From Anthoceros angustus (Eukaryota; Plantae; Anthocerotophyta), in NCBI GenBank assembly GCA_010909165.1, contig MU008170.1, forward strand, positions 1,116,001 to 1,180,000: DNA of 64,000 nucleotides. The letters are read 5' to 3'. Position numbers and translations under genes: made by a program. The number at the start of each line of letters is the position of its first letter. Positions within the stretch are counted from its first letter, which is position 1. Shown one piece after another: positions 35,505 through 49,800 of this stretch. The notes below the pieces were generated by a model. It searched no databases and was not told the DNA's origin. It was given only the letters and a program-made list of their open reading frames with translations.

Positions 35505-37370
35505 TTCTTCGTTACCACCAGAGGTGTCCCACTGGAGTGTTCAACAGACCAAACGCCAGAGCTAGCTTCTCAGCATGCCCACAAAGCATCTTCCTTTTCC
35601 TTCTCAGACAGTGGCTTCAACACCAACTTTGTGTGGTACGTCCCCTTCCTGCTTCCGACGCATTCGTGCTCTCTACCCAGCGCAATATCATCTTCTTCTC
35701 CCACCACAAATGTATGTACCTGCTTCACACCTCAATGGTCGCCACTGCAGGTTTCTTGTTAGCTCCTGCTACCATCTCTGTGCTTCAATCCTCTCTACAT
35801 CGGTCCACCTACCTGCATCTGCATGGGCATTGGCCATGAGCACATACGCAGGCGCCTGCTGAGGTCCAGCTAACAATGCTTCAAAACACCACGTTGCCCC
35901 TCTCTATATCCCCGTGACTTTTGCAGGCATTCAGCAAAGAAGTCCACCCAACAACATTACTGTGTCCCTCACATGATAATAGCATCTTCTATGCCTCATC
36001 TAAATGGCCTGCACGCCCAAGAAGATCAATCATGCAGTTATAATGCTCAGTAGAGGTTTGATGCCATGCTGTTCAGCCATGGATTCAAAGTGCTTGCGAC
36101 CCTCATGGACCTGTCCCTCGTGACTGCATGCCACTAGAAAGCAAAAAGCCCTCCTGCTCCATTTGTCCATACAGACCAAGGGCCTCGTGACCAAGTCCTT
36201 GCTGTGTATACCTAGCAATCAGGGCCGTCCATGTCACCACATCCTTTGAGGCCAAGCTGTCGAAAACCCTCCGTGCATCTTCCAGTTCGCCACATTTTGC
36301 ATACATGTCCACCAGGCAGTTGCCAACTAGTTTGGTACCTAATAGTCCTCTGTCCACAATCTGTGAGTGGAGCTGCCTGCCCTTCTGTAAGGCACCAGTG
36401 CTTGCACAGGCTTGCAGAAGGCAAGCAAAAGTAACATAGTCCGCGACAATCTGGCCCTCCGGCTCCATTTTTCCATACACAACAAGCGCCTCTTGGCCGC
36501 GCCCTTGTTGTATATACCCAGCAATCAGAGCGTTCCATGTCACCACATTCTTTGTGGCCAAGCTGTCAAAAATCTGGCATGCAGCTCCCAGTTCTCCACA
36601 TTTTGCATGCCCAGCTATAAGGGCCGTCCATGTCACCACATTTTTTGTGGCCAAGCTGTCAAAAACCCTGCGTGCATCTTCCAGTTTGCTACATTTTGCA
36701 TACATGTCCACCAAGCAGGTGCCAACAAACAAGTCCAGACGAATGCCACTGTGCAGCACATCACCGTGCAGTTTCCTGCCAGATTCCAAGTCAGCAGCAA
36801 ATCCACAAGCTTGAAGGGCAGCTGCAAACACGTGAGCATCCGCCTTCACACCCGACCAGCCGTTACGACGCCCATTTCCGGTCCTGTACGCCAGCCCGGC
36901 TCAGACTTCTCCGCAGAGCTGGACTGCGAATAAAACGCACCATGACCCATCTGCCTATGCAAACAAATGAGCTGCTCATCCACCCAACCTGGCTTGGACA
37001 GGTTGTTTAACCACAGACCCCATCGCCAGATCCCTTACGCCGGAAATCAGGCGACCGGGAGCTCTTCTTATCTCGCCTGTTGTCCCACCAGTGGCAGGGT
37101 CCAGAAAAAATTGCTGCCACAAGAGCTCCTGCTCTTGCTCCTGGCGACGACCAACCATCATCGGAAAATCCTTCCCCGCCCACAAATTTTCTCGGAAGTG
37201 GCAGTGTTGGTTTCCTTCCACTGCGGCACCTAGAGGCTTAATTGATTCCCAGCAGTTGACTCCCTGAGATGACGAAGTGAGCTGGAGCTCCTCGTAGAAT
37301 CCCTGTACACTCACCCGTTTGTTGGGTCCACAACGGATCCAATTGCCAGACTGTGGCCATGTGACAGACA
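35505..37370 (-). pseudogene. Third PPR-DYW:KP copy, truncated after GTPLVVTK
   Basis: PPR ORF 36103-36849; DYW:KP 5' part at 35510-35770; the CxxCH end is missing; 34770-35510 duplicates 37160-37915. Confidence 0.82.
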
Positions 37371-38353
37371 ACGCCCTCAGGACTCTTCACAAACTATTTC
37401 CGCCATGCCACTTATTATCAGCCAGAGGGATGCTCCCTGTGCACTTGTTTCAAGTTCCCTTCCGCATATGTATGTGGAATACCTAGTGAACCACAACCCG
37501 GCCAGTCTGCGTTAAACCGCTGTGGGCTCTCCCAGTCGATCTCCACTGGCGTCCGTCCAGTTCGATGGCAATAGCGCAATTTGATGGCCATTGTGATTTC
37601 GGTTTGAAGTACTGCTTTGATTCAAAAATTCAATTCAATTGATAAGCCAATCGTAGCTTATGAATTATATGGTCTTTTGGATTGGACTTGGAGCTCCTAC
37701 AAATGCATCTGGGATATGTGTAAAGAACCCTTAAACACAATAGGAACATGAACATTGATGGAACTCATTTGAGAGTAAATAGAGGGACCTTGCTTGTCAC
37801 TCCATTAGCCGTGGAGGGATGATACTACTTTTTCCATCCTACCCACATCTCATCTCCAACTCCAATGACCGCAGTCCAACTTCGCTAACAAGGTGTATCT
37901 TACTCCTTTCTTCGTTTACGAAAGGTTTAGAACGCACGGAGCGAAGTTGCTCAAGTGAAGTGTCTCCTTACGTCACATAGCTCCTTTCATCACCAGCAAC
38001 GAGTAGTTCACCAGCATTGCCCAGTGGCTTCATGATGTAATAATCTTGAGGCTATTGCTATCCCCCAGCTCTCCCATTTCCACCAGCACCACAACTCCCC
38101 TTTCCTAGCCCATGACCCGGCCTCTGAGGCTCGAGAAAGACAACATTGGATAGCATCATTATGTTGTCCACTTCCTTCGATCCTCAGACACTTGCTTCAA
38201 ATATACCACCGATATTACAAAGCAGTTGAACCAATCAAACAAGGCTAGCACTCAAGCCAGACATAGTTGCACAATACCTGACCAGCTAGCTTTACACAAA
38301 AGGAAAGGCACTTCTCTATAACTGCAAGGCGTTTGTGCCGTCCGAGTCTCTTC

Positions 38354-41300
38354 CACTACTAGAAATAGGGGGTGTTTGTTACGCTTTTATGTTGCATAGT
38401 TTGTTATGGCCCACATAATCGTTACAATTTTTGGTTTGGAGGAGGGGCATGTCATAATAGGACATGTTTGTTACGCTGCAATATAACACTTGTGTCTTCA
38501 ATAATGGGGGCCTTGTCCCCATTGCAGTCTCCACCCTTTTCATTTTCTTGTGTTAAAAAATAGCTATCCCACGGGGTATCCCGGAGCCCAATGTGTTTTC
38601 CTCGGTTCCATTCTTGTCCACATCACCCACCCTTTTTAAAGTACATACCGGCTTACGTGTTCAATGCCTGCATTCTCTGTAAGCTACATTTCCCAATGCC
38701 ATGCGCATTTAAAAGGTTTGAAACGGTTGTGGCACATGCTTTTGTAGGCTGGAAGGATCATCGGAGCCATTTTCTAATACGATTCTTTCTCTCCTGTCCC
38801 CCCTTTGCGAAGAACAACATCGGAATCGCTGAGAGGTGCTTCATCATCTCTCGTAGACGAGGAACTGATCAACCTTTTAGATGGGAAGGAGCATGTTCCA
38901 AAGCAATGTTTCACCCCTCCGTGCCACGTCACGGGCATGGGATCTTCCTTTGTGAGGCGACTGCATCTGCGCCTGAAGGTGCCTTATGACAAACCAAGGT
39001 CTTCGCTCCTCGTGGCATGTCGAAAAATCGTGCCACAACGGCGAAGAAGGATTGAATGAGAGAACAAAGCAGGCGTTGGATTGAAATCAATTTGCTTTGC
39101 GGCATAGGCAAGGGCCTTTGTGGCATCAAAACATAAGGGTGTCTTTGGAACGAACCGTGTCAACCAGCTCAACTCACATCCTACTTCTCCCGCCCCCTTC
39201 CATAATGGAGGATGTACAGGTTTTCACTCCAAAACAATCGACGGTGTTAATGCAATACGACATTTGGCGGCACGCACTGCCTCAGACAATAATACAGACC
39301 CACCAAGTCCGCGCCTCTGTAAACCAATCCGAATATCCAACCCAAGCAACATATCCATCCACTCCGTGATCTCCAAAGAACACCTCCCCACTCGAGCGAC
39401 TCATGAAAGCATCTAAGACATCACTCGTCCGGAGAGCAAAGAACTCAACGCCGAGCACCTTCTTCGCTCCATGTGCTCGATTGAGGGAAGTCGATATGTC
39501 CAGCATCAACCCATGTCTCGGATGATCCTCCATGTGGGCGAGAAACGGCCGTCTCCACCTCCAACGGCTCTCCACCATTTTCCAAGTCCACTTCCGCCAA
39601 TGCACGCAAAGCCACCATCCACAATTAAATGGGCAACAAGGACGGTAGGTGAGGCCGTGCACAAACGAGGAAACATTCCAAAGATGCCGACATTGAAGGG
39701 TGCAGGGGAAGGTGCTAACGCAGTACGTAGCAATCAAAACACGGCAAAAGCTCGATCGAAAGCGGAAGGATGGCAGCATGAAGTAGGAGATGAGCATCTT
39801 GACAATGCGAGTTCACGTCACAATCGGCGCACGCGACAAGCGTGCTCACACCGCAGAGAGGTTACCGCGCGGCCGTCCGGTCGGCGCCGCCAATGACTGT
39901 GATGCCACTTGAGGACACGATGAGGTTGCGCTGGTATTTAATAAAGCACGGATAATGGCCATTTTCCTTGGCTAATGGCCATTGTCCTTGGACAATGGCC
40001 ATTTTCCTTGGCTAATGGCCATCATCCAAGGACAATGGCCATTGTCCCAGGATAATGGCCATTTTCCTTGGATAATGGCATTTTCTAATACCTATAAGTG
40101 CCCATAAAGGTTTTTCATGTTAAAGGATTTGGCTGCTCAATGAGGGGGATACGCCGCAACTTCAGTGTAACAAGCACTGAAGGTGGCAAGTGCATGCCAG
40201 TGTAACAAGCACTCAAGGTGGCAGAGATCGACCTCCACCGGTTTGCATGCATACCTGTCCGCAATAAAATCCGATTCGAAGAACACAAGATAAAGGCCAC
40301 ACTGGCCAAGAGGGGAGAGAAGATCCGAGATATTGGCAGCCATTTCGAGGCATACCATGGAGCACGTTTCATTGCTGGTCATTTCACCACATGGTGCGGT
40401 GACATCGAGGGAACAGTCGGTCATTTGTCACGCAAGACGGCGGCGCAATGTACAATTTGAATTGTGGCAAAAGAACTGGGGAGTGTGTGTAGGTTCAATA
40501 TAGCATTCCGATCGATATTGACTTTTGCGGTATGGCTCGTGACCGTGAAGAAGCATAACCACATGTGACATTTCTTCGCATCGCTAGCGTGCCAACAACA
40601 TCAATCGGCGCATGCCGTTGTCGCTATCCCGACACGTTAGACTCGTTTCTACTACTTTTGCGATAGAACAACCACCGTCCGCAAGAAAATGTAGAGGTTT
40701 TTCCATGCAAGCGTGGTTGATCGGAAGGCGAAGAATCGACCTCGTTGTGCAGATGGGAGGAGAATCGACGCTGTGTCGGCACACCCACACCCTTCCGAGG
40801 TGTGCACTTACTGCCTTCCATAGCTTCTGAGTTGTCCGATACTTCGTTTCAGTTCCTGAACATCATTTGGTATTCGCAATCGACCGGGCTTGAAGGATTG
40901 AAATACCTGCTTGCCTGCAATCCGGTGGAAGTGTGGCGAGGTTGTGGACGTGCATCCCCAAGGCGTGAGCTTGCATCCCAAACTTACGATCTTGCTTGGG
41001 CACTGCAGGATTAGCCAGCGTAATTCGATGGTCCCTGCTGTGATGTATGGCTGGTGACAACGGTCGAGGACTGACCCATAACATGTTCATATCGTTGTGG
41101 TGGATGGTTGTAGCTATAGTGTGATGCATAGTGCACTCCTTTGTAGGCTATGCTGAATTCCCCGATTGAAAGTGAGCACTGCTTTGGCCGTATGCAGTAA
41201 TATGACCATGCGCCCACATGCCCTCCTACTTGTTTTCGAGGCCCGACATATCCGCCGTGCTGTCATGCATGGTAGCGCTTTGATTTCCAGACGGAGTTTG

Positions 41301-43524
41301 GGGAGAAATGGAAATGCAGGGATCCGCCGGCATCACCGTGGTGCAAACCAAGGTGGCATATGGGGAGGATTTCATCCCACTGATGAAGTTCCGGATTCCC
41401 AAGAAGCTTATGAGCGGAAGGGAATCTCGGTGGCCATCGTGTTGCTCTCGCCGCATTGCACGAGGTATGGCGGAGAACTTTGTCGAGGCGGTGCTTCCTC
41501 CCCACAATGTTTACGCAAAGATGGGCCAAGGCTAGGGTGGAATAGACAACACCGAATCCGGGTCCGAGCTTTGCTGAAAACACGGGGAGTAGTGGATTCA
41601 AGAGCAATGCACTAAGTGTAGTTGGGAAAGATATGGAGCACACGGGGAAGCCAAAGCCTCCATCTACATTGACCTTCTGGGCTTGACCGTCCCGAGGCAT
41701 AAGAAGTTCATGGAAGTAATACGCAGAGCAAACAAAATTCCGTGAAAGTGGAGCGACTTGCCGTTGTCTCGAGGAAGAAAATGTGCATGGGGCTGCCGCC
41801 TGGATCTTCTCGCAAAGGGATGATTTCATCGAGTTCGACCAATACACTCGAACAAGGAACAAGAGTATGTCGAGGCGCCAAAGCTCAAGGCCTGGAGGAG
41901 AAGAGGGTAGGCAAAAATTGATGCAGCCTTCCACTAGTGATGAAAGGGTATGGCGGAGATTCTCACATGGGCACGGGTTGAACTCAGCAAAGATGGAAAT
42001 TTTTGCCATCCAAGGCATCACTTGCGCCTAAGACTGATCGAGAAATCAATGGAGAAGGGCCCAATCCATGGGGCCAAAGGACGATGGATGGGTTTTAAGT
42101 TCCAAGAGAAGTATGGGAGGGAGCCAACTGACGAGGAGTGTGATTTTGGATCACTCCGCCCACTAACAAAAATGCAGGAACTATGGGAGCGCGGGAGTCG
42201 GTGCCCGAGTTTTTGAAATCCCTGAGGGTATGCATCAGGCCAAGCGAGACGCCACAAGAGAAATGGGTCAAAGCATTCACGAAAATCTGCAATAATTGAT
42301 CCGGATTCGAAGGTAGCAGATGCACGACGCCCGCGGATGGTGCGAAGGGAAAACAATGGATGAAGAAGAAGGGGATCACGAAGGTGATTCGGAACAGGAA
42401 GAGGAAACAGGCCATGAAGTTAACGCGGGAGACAAAGACAACGAGGATGGGGAAGCAACAGAGGAGGAGGAAGCGGAGAGGGTGAAAAGACATGGAAAAC
42501 AACATACGGTGGCAGATGCCACAACATCAAAGTCACTAGGAGGAGGCCAATCAGAATTTGACACGGACGATGTCGAAAATGCTGAACCGCGTACGCGGAA
42601 AGTTTCAAGAACAAGGGGACGGCATAAAGTACACTGCCACACATTGGAGGGCAGTAACGAGGGCACGAGCACGCAGGACTCAAAGTGCCGCAAGTGCCAA
42701 GGGAAAGACAAAGCGAAGGGTCAAGGTGAGCCGCCATGACCAAATTTATATGTCCACATGCATGTCATGTGCGTTGTGGGGTTGATGTGGATTCTTTCTC
42801 ACGCAGGCACAACCAGAGCACGATGTGCATGAGGCGATGGCATTCATAGAAGCCTTGCATCGGCGGGGAAAAAGGCGGCTACTACAAACCCTCGAGGACC
42901 AAAGCGAAAAGAGCGAAAGGCGGTCATGGCGTCTGGTGAGATACCCAGCTGATTATGATTAGTGCTTGGATGCACATACCTCCGGAAGGTGTGTCGGGTG
43001 AACCCCACAAACTTTTAAATGCGATCGTCGTGATCACAATAGTACATGCGAAGTTTTGTGAATTTATATGTATTCCTGTTTAGAGCCATCTATGAAATGC
43101 GCGGTATAAATTCAGTAAATCATGCGAGAATATAATGTGGCCAAGCGGACATTGTACATGCCACATGGCAAGTTCACACATGTCGGAGAGGCGTCAAAAC
43201 CGTGAAACCGGCCTTTAGAATTCAAAATAAAAACTCCGGCTCGCGGTTCCAAAGCGCGTGCACATGAGGGCATCACACGTCCAACACCACGGCCGACATT
43301 GTCATCCGGTTAGAAACGACAAACCGGGTTACCGTACCAGGGCCTTACCCGCACCTCATAACCGTTATAAGAATTGGTTGTCACAGTCTTCGTGTTACGA
43401 GGTTTATTACAGTTCTTAGGTCCGGCAGACTAGATGCCTTGTGTAACAAAGCCATCGTTTACGTAACAAGAAGGCAATATTCCGTAGTACTGCAGCATAA
43501 CAAACAACGCTGTTTCTAGTAGTG
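38354..43524. mobile_element. CACTA (EnSpm) DNA transposon, 5171 bp
   Basis: TIRs CACTACTAGAAA (38354) and TTTCTAGTAGTG (ends 43524); 3-bp TSD TTC at 38351-38353 and 43525-43527. Confidence 0.9.
39950..40085. repeat. About seven 20-bp tandem units with palindromic core AATGGCCATT
   Basis: gataatggccattttccttg and variants. Confidence 0.9.
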
Positions 43525-43527
43525 TTC

Positions 43528-44600
43528 GTCTTGAATCTTCAACATCTGCCATTTCCTAGACAAACTTGGTGGTGTTGAACTTGTTGGCCACTTTCTAGGC
43601 CCATACTCCAGCCTCCACATCTCAGCATTTACGACCCCTCATTTCTATTCCCTCTCACCAACTACCCCCCAAGTGCTGCAAGATGTCCTACATGTTAGTA
43701 TCCGGAGTTTGGGTCGCAAACATGTGAATGATAATAGTAAGCTTCCTTACACTTCTTGACACGCTCCAAATGCTTTCTCGGTGTCAATGTAGCCAAATCT
43801 GCCTATTCCACTTGAGCATGGTTCCCTCCAGCAGCACCCCTGGTGGATGTTGGGCTTTGCACATCTTCTCTGCACCGATCTCTTCACCACTTCTCGCTGG
43901 ACCCTCCTTCAATTCTACCCTACGCCTCGCTCCTTCCTTCCCTTCTCCTTGGCATCTGTCGACATGCACTCATCACCTCATATGTCATATACATATGACA
44001 CCACAAGTAGCCCACCGCACAATACATTATCGACCATATCACCACCATCAGCCAGCCTTCAACATTTTACCTCTCAAGAACTATGGCATGTTTTCCAAGC
44101 CATTCATGATCGTCCACTTCAACTCCTCTTTGTTTAGGTTCCCTCCTCATCGATTCACAAACTTCTTCTTGAATTCTGTCGCTCCACCATATGACTTTGT
44201 GCCAAACTGCCATAAGTCAGTAGTTTCGTTCATTTTTGCCAACATAGCACAAATTAGCAGTTTTATATGTTACAAACTGCTCCTTACATGAACACATAGG
44301 CTTTGACACTACACTGTCTAAGAACCATAAATGTGAATAACGAGCCATTGAATTCAGTCAGGCTAGCAATAGCCTCGGTGTGGAGGCTCTCGCAATATGT
44401 TCTTCAAGTTGCTTTCCCTTTGCAGATTCATTTGCTTTTCTTCTCCTACAGTTCTTAATCTAGTGGCCTGGCTTGTTGTAGTAGTAGTTACAAACGCCAG
44501 GCTTCTTCCCACATTAAGGATTGGAGCTATTTGCAAAGTTGGAGGACCAAACTTTACCACATCCATAGTCTTCACATTTTCTACCTCTGACACGGCCTCG
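43528..44600 (-). mobile_element. Highly decayed retroelement gag-like sequence (CACTA insertion target)
   Basis: Stop-riddled minus frame FKKKFVNR..EELKWTIMNGL; similar decayed sequence left of 38354. Confidence 0.3.
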
Positions 44601-46838
44601 AGGGCCCATGGTCAAAGAATAAAGCAGTATCACTCTACTTGTGAGAAGGTCCTCCTCCATTGGAACCTTATTTGTGTATATGTTTCTTATTAGCCTCTAC
44701 CCGTAGCAACCATTTTTGGACACTCACCACACTGGAGCTTCCTCTGGTTCCCTCACAAAGAGACTCCCATAGGTGCCTTGTTGTCTCTTGAAATAAATCT
44801 TATAGAATCTTTTTATGGAGCGTTACATGTAGCATGATAGTTACGTTACGATTTCTTTATATTGCTTTTTCAGTTCTAGTTCATTCCTGACCATTGTTAT
44901 TAAGTCATTCTTACACAACTTGTCATGTCTGACCGATAGGATTTCAACTCTATGTGAGATTTCCAAGATAAGACTTTTTTGATTTACAACCGAGTTCAAA
45001 TGGACTTAAGAATTGTTGATGGATTCAAGAAACAGTTAATTGAGTTTGCGTAAGGATGATAGATTGCTAGTTAGTAGACCAAGCCTATCCAGACATCCTA
45101 ACCGAATTCTGAGAATTCAGAATCAGGCCCGCAAGACATCATGAAAATTATCAAGAAGTGCAATATGTCTTTTTGCTAAGGTGAGTGCCTTCTTAAATTA
45201 CCTTTTCTCAAAATCCTCTTGGAAATTAAACTCAGCAATTTGGGTAATTTGCTTATTCTTTACAACCCTATTATCATCAAGCAATGACTACCGGTAAATA
45301 TTTTTGCGAGGCATTGCGCTTATTGTTAGATTAAAAAAACAAAGCATTTTCTTTATACAAAACAATAAACCATAAATTCACATCAAAATGAAGGGATTTA
45401 TGCGCAACACAAGGAAAAGAGCATGAATAATCACGCTCGGGATACCATGTTGAATAATATGATCAACATGTAGACATTGATTATGACACAAGAGATGAGA
45501 TAGGCATTGTGTGTATTGTAATAAAAATAAAAATATAAATAAATTAAAAAAAACTAGAGAAACGGTTATAACTAACCACTAACCCTAAATTGTAGCAATG
45601 TAACCTAATTAAAATTTAAAAATTTAACACTATATGAGGTTTTGGATAATAATGAAACACTTTACACTTAACCCCATAACGTCTAAGAATTTAAGGTTGG
45701 AAGGTTGACTTCAACTCTTCGATAATACATCGAGTTAGATAGACCATTTTTTTTTTAAGATCCCCCATTTTGTTTGTACTTTTCACATTATCGATTGTAC
45801 AAATGTTCGTCATCCTTCTATTCTTATGAAGCACGGTGCTGAACTCCCTTGAGTGAGTCCTTGACCCCAAAACGTTCTTAATAAACCTGAACTTGAAGGA
45901 GCTCAAATCGAGTCTTTGCTTGTTTTAAGCTTAGAAGACAATTAGGGCAGGGTGAATAATTCAAGCAGCTCTTAACATTATGTGTTTGAGGTCAAGGGCT
46001 TCAAGATGATGTCCGACATGAGTGTGACTGCATAATGTGTGCTATGCGCATGGAGTGTTGGCTATAGTAGATTGTAGTTTATTGGTGTGAGTTTGGCCGA
46101 GCGAAACAGTAGGGCCTTTTACAAGGTAGATTACCGTTTTTGATCCAATTGGGCTTTATTTTTTGGTTGCTAGAACATGGTTAGCATGTAGTTGTGATTG
46201 CAAGAAGACGGCGTGTGTTCCCAAGTCCAACAACCAACGATCTGTGCAGAATCGGTGATAACCACTCCAAAGTTTGCTCCTCCTCTCCCCGTCGCGAGAG
46301 AAAGTGGATTCCAAATTTGCTGGATTCTTCCAAGTCTCCCCTTCTCAAATAGGGGCACAAAAGCGTTCATTCCAAAAGGCATAACGAGGAGAACCATATT
46401 ATATTGTCACATTTTTACTAGGTATGTAATGCCCATGAAAGATCAAACTCTTAGTTTCAAGAATTATTTTAGATAAAAATTCGGAAGAAAAGTCTGGACG
46501 TTCTGGGGTTAAAAGAACCATGAGGCCTACCTACTCTTTGCATACGAGAATGATATCGTTACCTAGGCACGAAGGTTCTCGTTTCGTGAACTTTTTGTTG
46601 ATGAAAACGCAACAAAGGAGACTCTTTGTCTCGAGATCATTTTTTTATGAAAACGTAACAAAGGGGAACCGGACCGGCAGCCGGGAAGGGCAGGGACATG
46701 GACACGGGTCCCGGGTAGGGTAGCGTCCCGGGGAGACTAGCCGTTGGGTGGGGAGTCCGGGACCCGACCCTCCCGCCTTCGCTGTGTGAAGTTGAGCCTT
46801 TAGAGCTTGCTTGCGTGCGTGCTGCGAGGCCGCCAGCG

Positions 46839-49800
46839 ATGGATCACCTGAGGTCTGCGGTGCGGGAGAGTCTTGCGAGCTTGGATCCGCGGGACCTGTG
46901 CAGCGAAGCCAAGGTGGAGAAATGCCGCGCAATCCGCGACTTGCGAAGCTGCGGCAGAATTGTGCAGCATGTGCTGGTGTCGTGCGGGCATGCCTGCCTG
47001 TGCGCGGAATGCAGCCAAAGGTGCGACGTGTGCCCCATCTGCAGAGTGCCGATTGCCAAGGCGGGAGCTGCGATGCGGCTGCGGCTGTACGACGAGTTTT
47101 GGCAGGCGGGCCTGGTGCCGCAGCCCGCGGATGAAGACGGCAGGGACGGGGAGCAGTGGACTGCGGACGTGCGGCGCTTGCATTCGCTTTTCGACGTGGC
47201 GCTGGAGAATAACATGGCGTCCGTGGTTTGCCATTGTATCCTCTGCTCGCCGCTTCACTTGTGACGGAGCTCCTCGATTTCGTCACAAGTGGAGGTTTTG
47301 TGATTTTCTGTCTTGCTCTCTGTGCTGTCGGTCCGTCTTCTTGCCAAGGGCTACTTAACTTCACAATTCAGACGTGCTGGATGTTTGTCTGGACGAGACC
47401 GCCGTTTCCAGCGATGCGGTTGTCGCTATGCTTCTAGACGGAGCTGTTGTGAAGGACTGGTGCAAGAAGACGTATCAGACTATCACCAACAGCTTGGGAG
47501 AATTGTGTATCCTGCAAGCTATTGGCGTACCTTTGTTCCCGGGCCGGGGTGAACACCGCCTGCATTCGTGGTTTTAGGTCAGCAGGCATTCGGTGAAAAT
47601 GTGACATTTAGTGTCGGCTATAGTACATTGCGTAAATGTGCAGGGACGGATTAGGTCAGTGGATGCAAATCGATTTTCTGTGGTCTTCTTTAATAATGTC
47701 CTTTCACAGACAGCTTGAGCTTGAAGCAGATCTACAGTAAAGCCGATGTTTTGGACAAGTCATGTATGAAACTGGAGGGCCTGGCTCACGTACTGGAAGC
47801 TCTGGAGGCTCCCCTACTTGACTCTAACTCGCCAACACTGTTCGAGGTTCACCAACTGTTGGAAGGTGTCAGGAAAAGTCTTCAGGTGAACGTTTTTAGA
47901 GTGAGCTGCCAGCCCTAGTGGAGGAACATATACAGCTGTTTGCGGTGATCTCATAGTGTCTTTGGATGTTGCAGCATCTGGAGGTGATGACTTGGTGCAC
48001 GAGGCACCGTTTTCTAGAAAGGGTTCCTGCTCGTTTTGCAAACTCGGCTCAGTGGAAAGTTGCAGTCAAGGAACGAAAGGCTGCTGCGCAGGAAAGGGCA
48101 TGGCCTGATTATGTTGCAGGCACTGGGCAGCTGGGACCTAAACCAGTTGCAACACTTTTCATAGAGGATGCTATATCAAACCTTGGATATGGTGAGCAAG
48201 AGGATGACGATGGTGGAAGGGATGTTGAAATGAACTGGTTACGCTCACCAGGCCAGGCTTCATCATCTCCTATCAGGCACCGAAGCGATGGATTAGGGCA
48301 ACAGCTGGCTGCAAACTCTATGGGCATGTCGTATCCACCTGAAAGCATTCGAACGGCAGTGGATGCCCTTTTCCTGGAGGGCAGCTCTGACTTGATTCTT
48401 GCAAAGCGAGCAATTGTATCCTGTCACTGTTGTCATTTTCTACCTGAAATCTGTTGACTTTGGGGTTGTTCTTTCCTTGCTTTTTTTTGTGTCCTGCGAA
48501 CTCTCAGAACCTCGTGCTTCTCATCCTTGATTTTTCTTTCAGTTCTTGTATTACTTATTTGACCGTCACTGGACACTTCATGATCGAAGCTGGCGAAGTA
48601 TCATTGACGATTACGTGGGGACATTCTCAATTCCGAGGCATTTTGTTCTGGAGTCCCTCGTCTTCTTCCTTCTCGATGATAATTCTGAAGAAGCCCTTCA
48701 GGTACCTAAACTTTTGGTTGCACTCTGTCTTGATGTCCACGAAGGCCTTGCCCTGGGTTGGGTTCTGTCTTGGTTTTTGTCTTGGGTTGTCGACTACTTG
48801 GTTTAGGGTTTGCACTGGAGGTTGAGGTTATGATTATGCCGTGCCGTGATACCATTTTTGGTGACGTCGACTATAGGAAGCATGCGAGCTATTGAAGGAA
48901 ATCGTTGGTCCAACAACCCATCCAAAGGTTCCACGTGTTTTGCTTGAACGGCAAAGACCACAGGCAGCTTTGATGATCTTGCGTTGTAACGGCCGGGAGG
49001 TTCAACTGGGGCGTAAACAGGGAGAATCGGATCAAACAGGGACTATGGCACTAGCAGAAGCTGTCACCACTGTGAGAGTGTTGATTCAGAGTGAGCTTAT
49101 TTCAGACAGCTTTCTTTTCCAAAGGGCTCACTGTTCGAGGCTGAAGGCAGACGAGCAGAGTAGAAGGACAAGTAAAAGGCAAGATGCTAACAATGGGGAA
49201 GCGGATCGGAAATGGGGTGAAGAGATGGAAGTGCTGGTAGGGGAGATTTGCTGGTTATGTATCCTCAAGAGCAGGGTAGATCGGCTGTTGGAGCTGCCAT
49301 GGAACGCAGATGAAGAGAAAGCGTTGCGGAAGTGTTTATTGGAACGAACCACCCAGGACCCTTCGTCTGCTGCTGGGAGCCTCTTGGCGGTGTACTACAT
49401 TCGGGTAAGTTGTTAACCGTTTGGTGCGGTTTCCTGGCAGCCGTTTGGGATTCACTTCAATTATATCTGACCTGTGTGTGAACGAATTCTGGTAGAGATG
49501 TCGCTTCGTGGAGGCATACTCTGTGCACCGCAGACTATGCGACTTGGAGCAGCAGTTTATGTCCCGCTCACTGGATGAGGAAAGGATATCGCGCATACAG
49601 ACAGCATCACAGAGACGAGGGCTGCTCACGGTAATCCCACGGCCCAGGCTGTCCCTAGTTTTCCCATTGCACGTCCATTGCTCTGACTGATGAAGTAAGT
49701 ACTTACTTGCCTGTCGTTGCAGGAGAAAAGCATAGAGCTGCTGCCGGAACTGCAACGGCAGCGTCTGCTGAGCGGGGAGATCCCAGACCCCTTGGCTGCG

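Noticed and set aside
39950-40085. CRISPR-like array
   Set aside because: Contiguous tandem units without unique spacers, no cas genes, eukaryotic TE context
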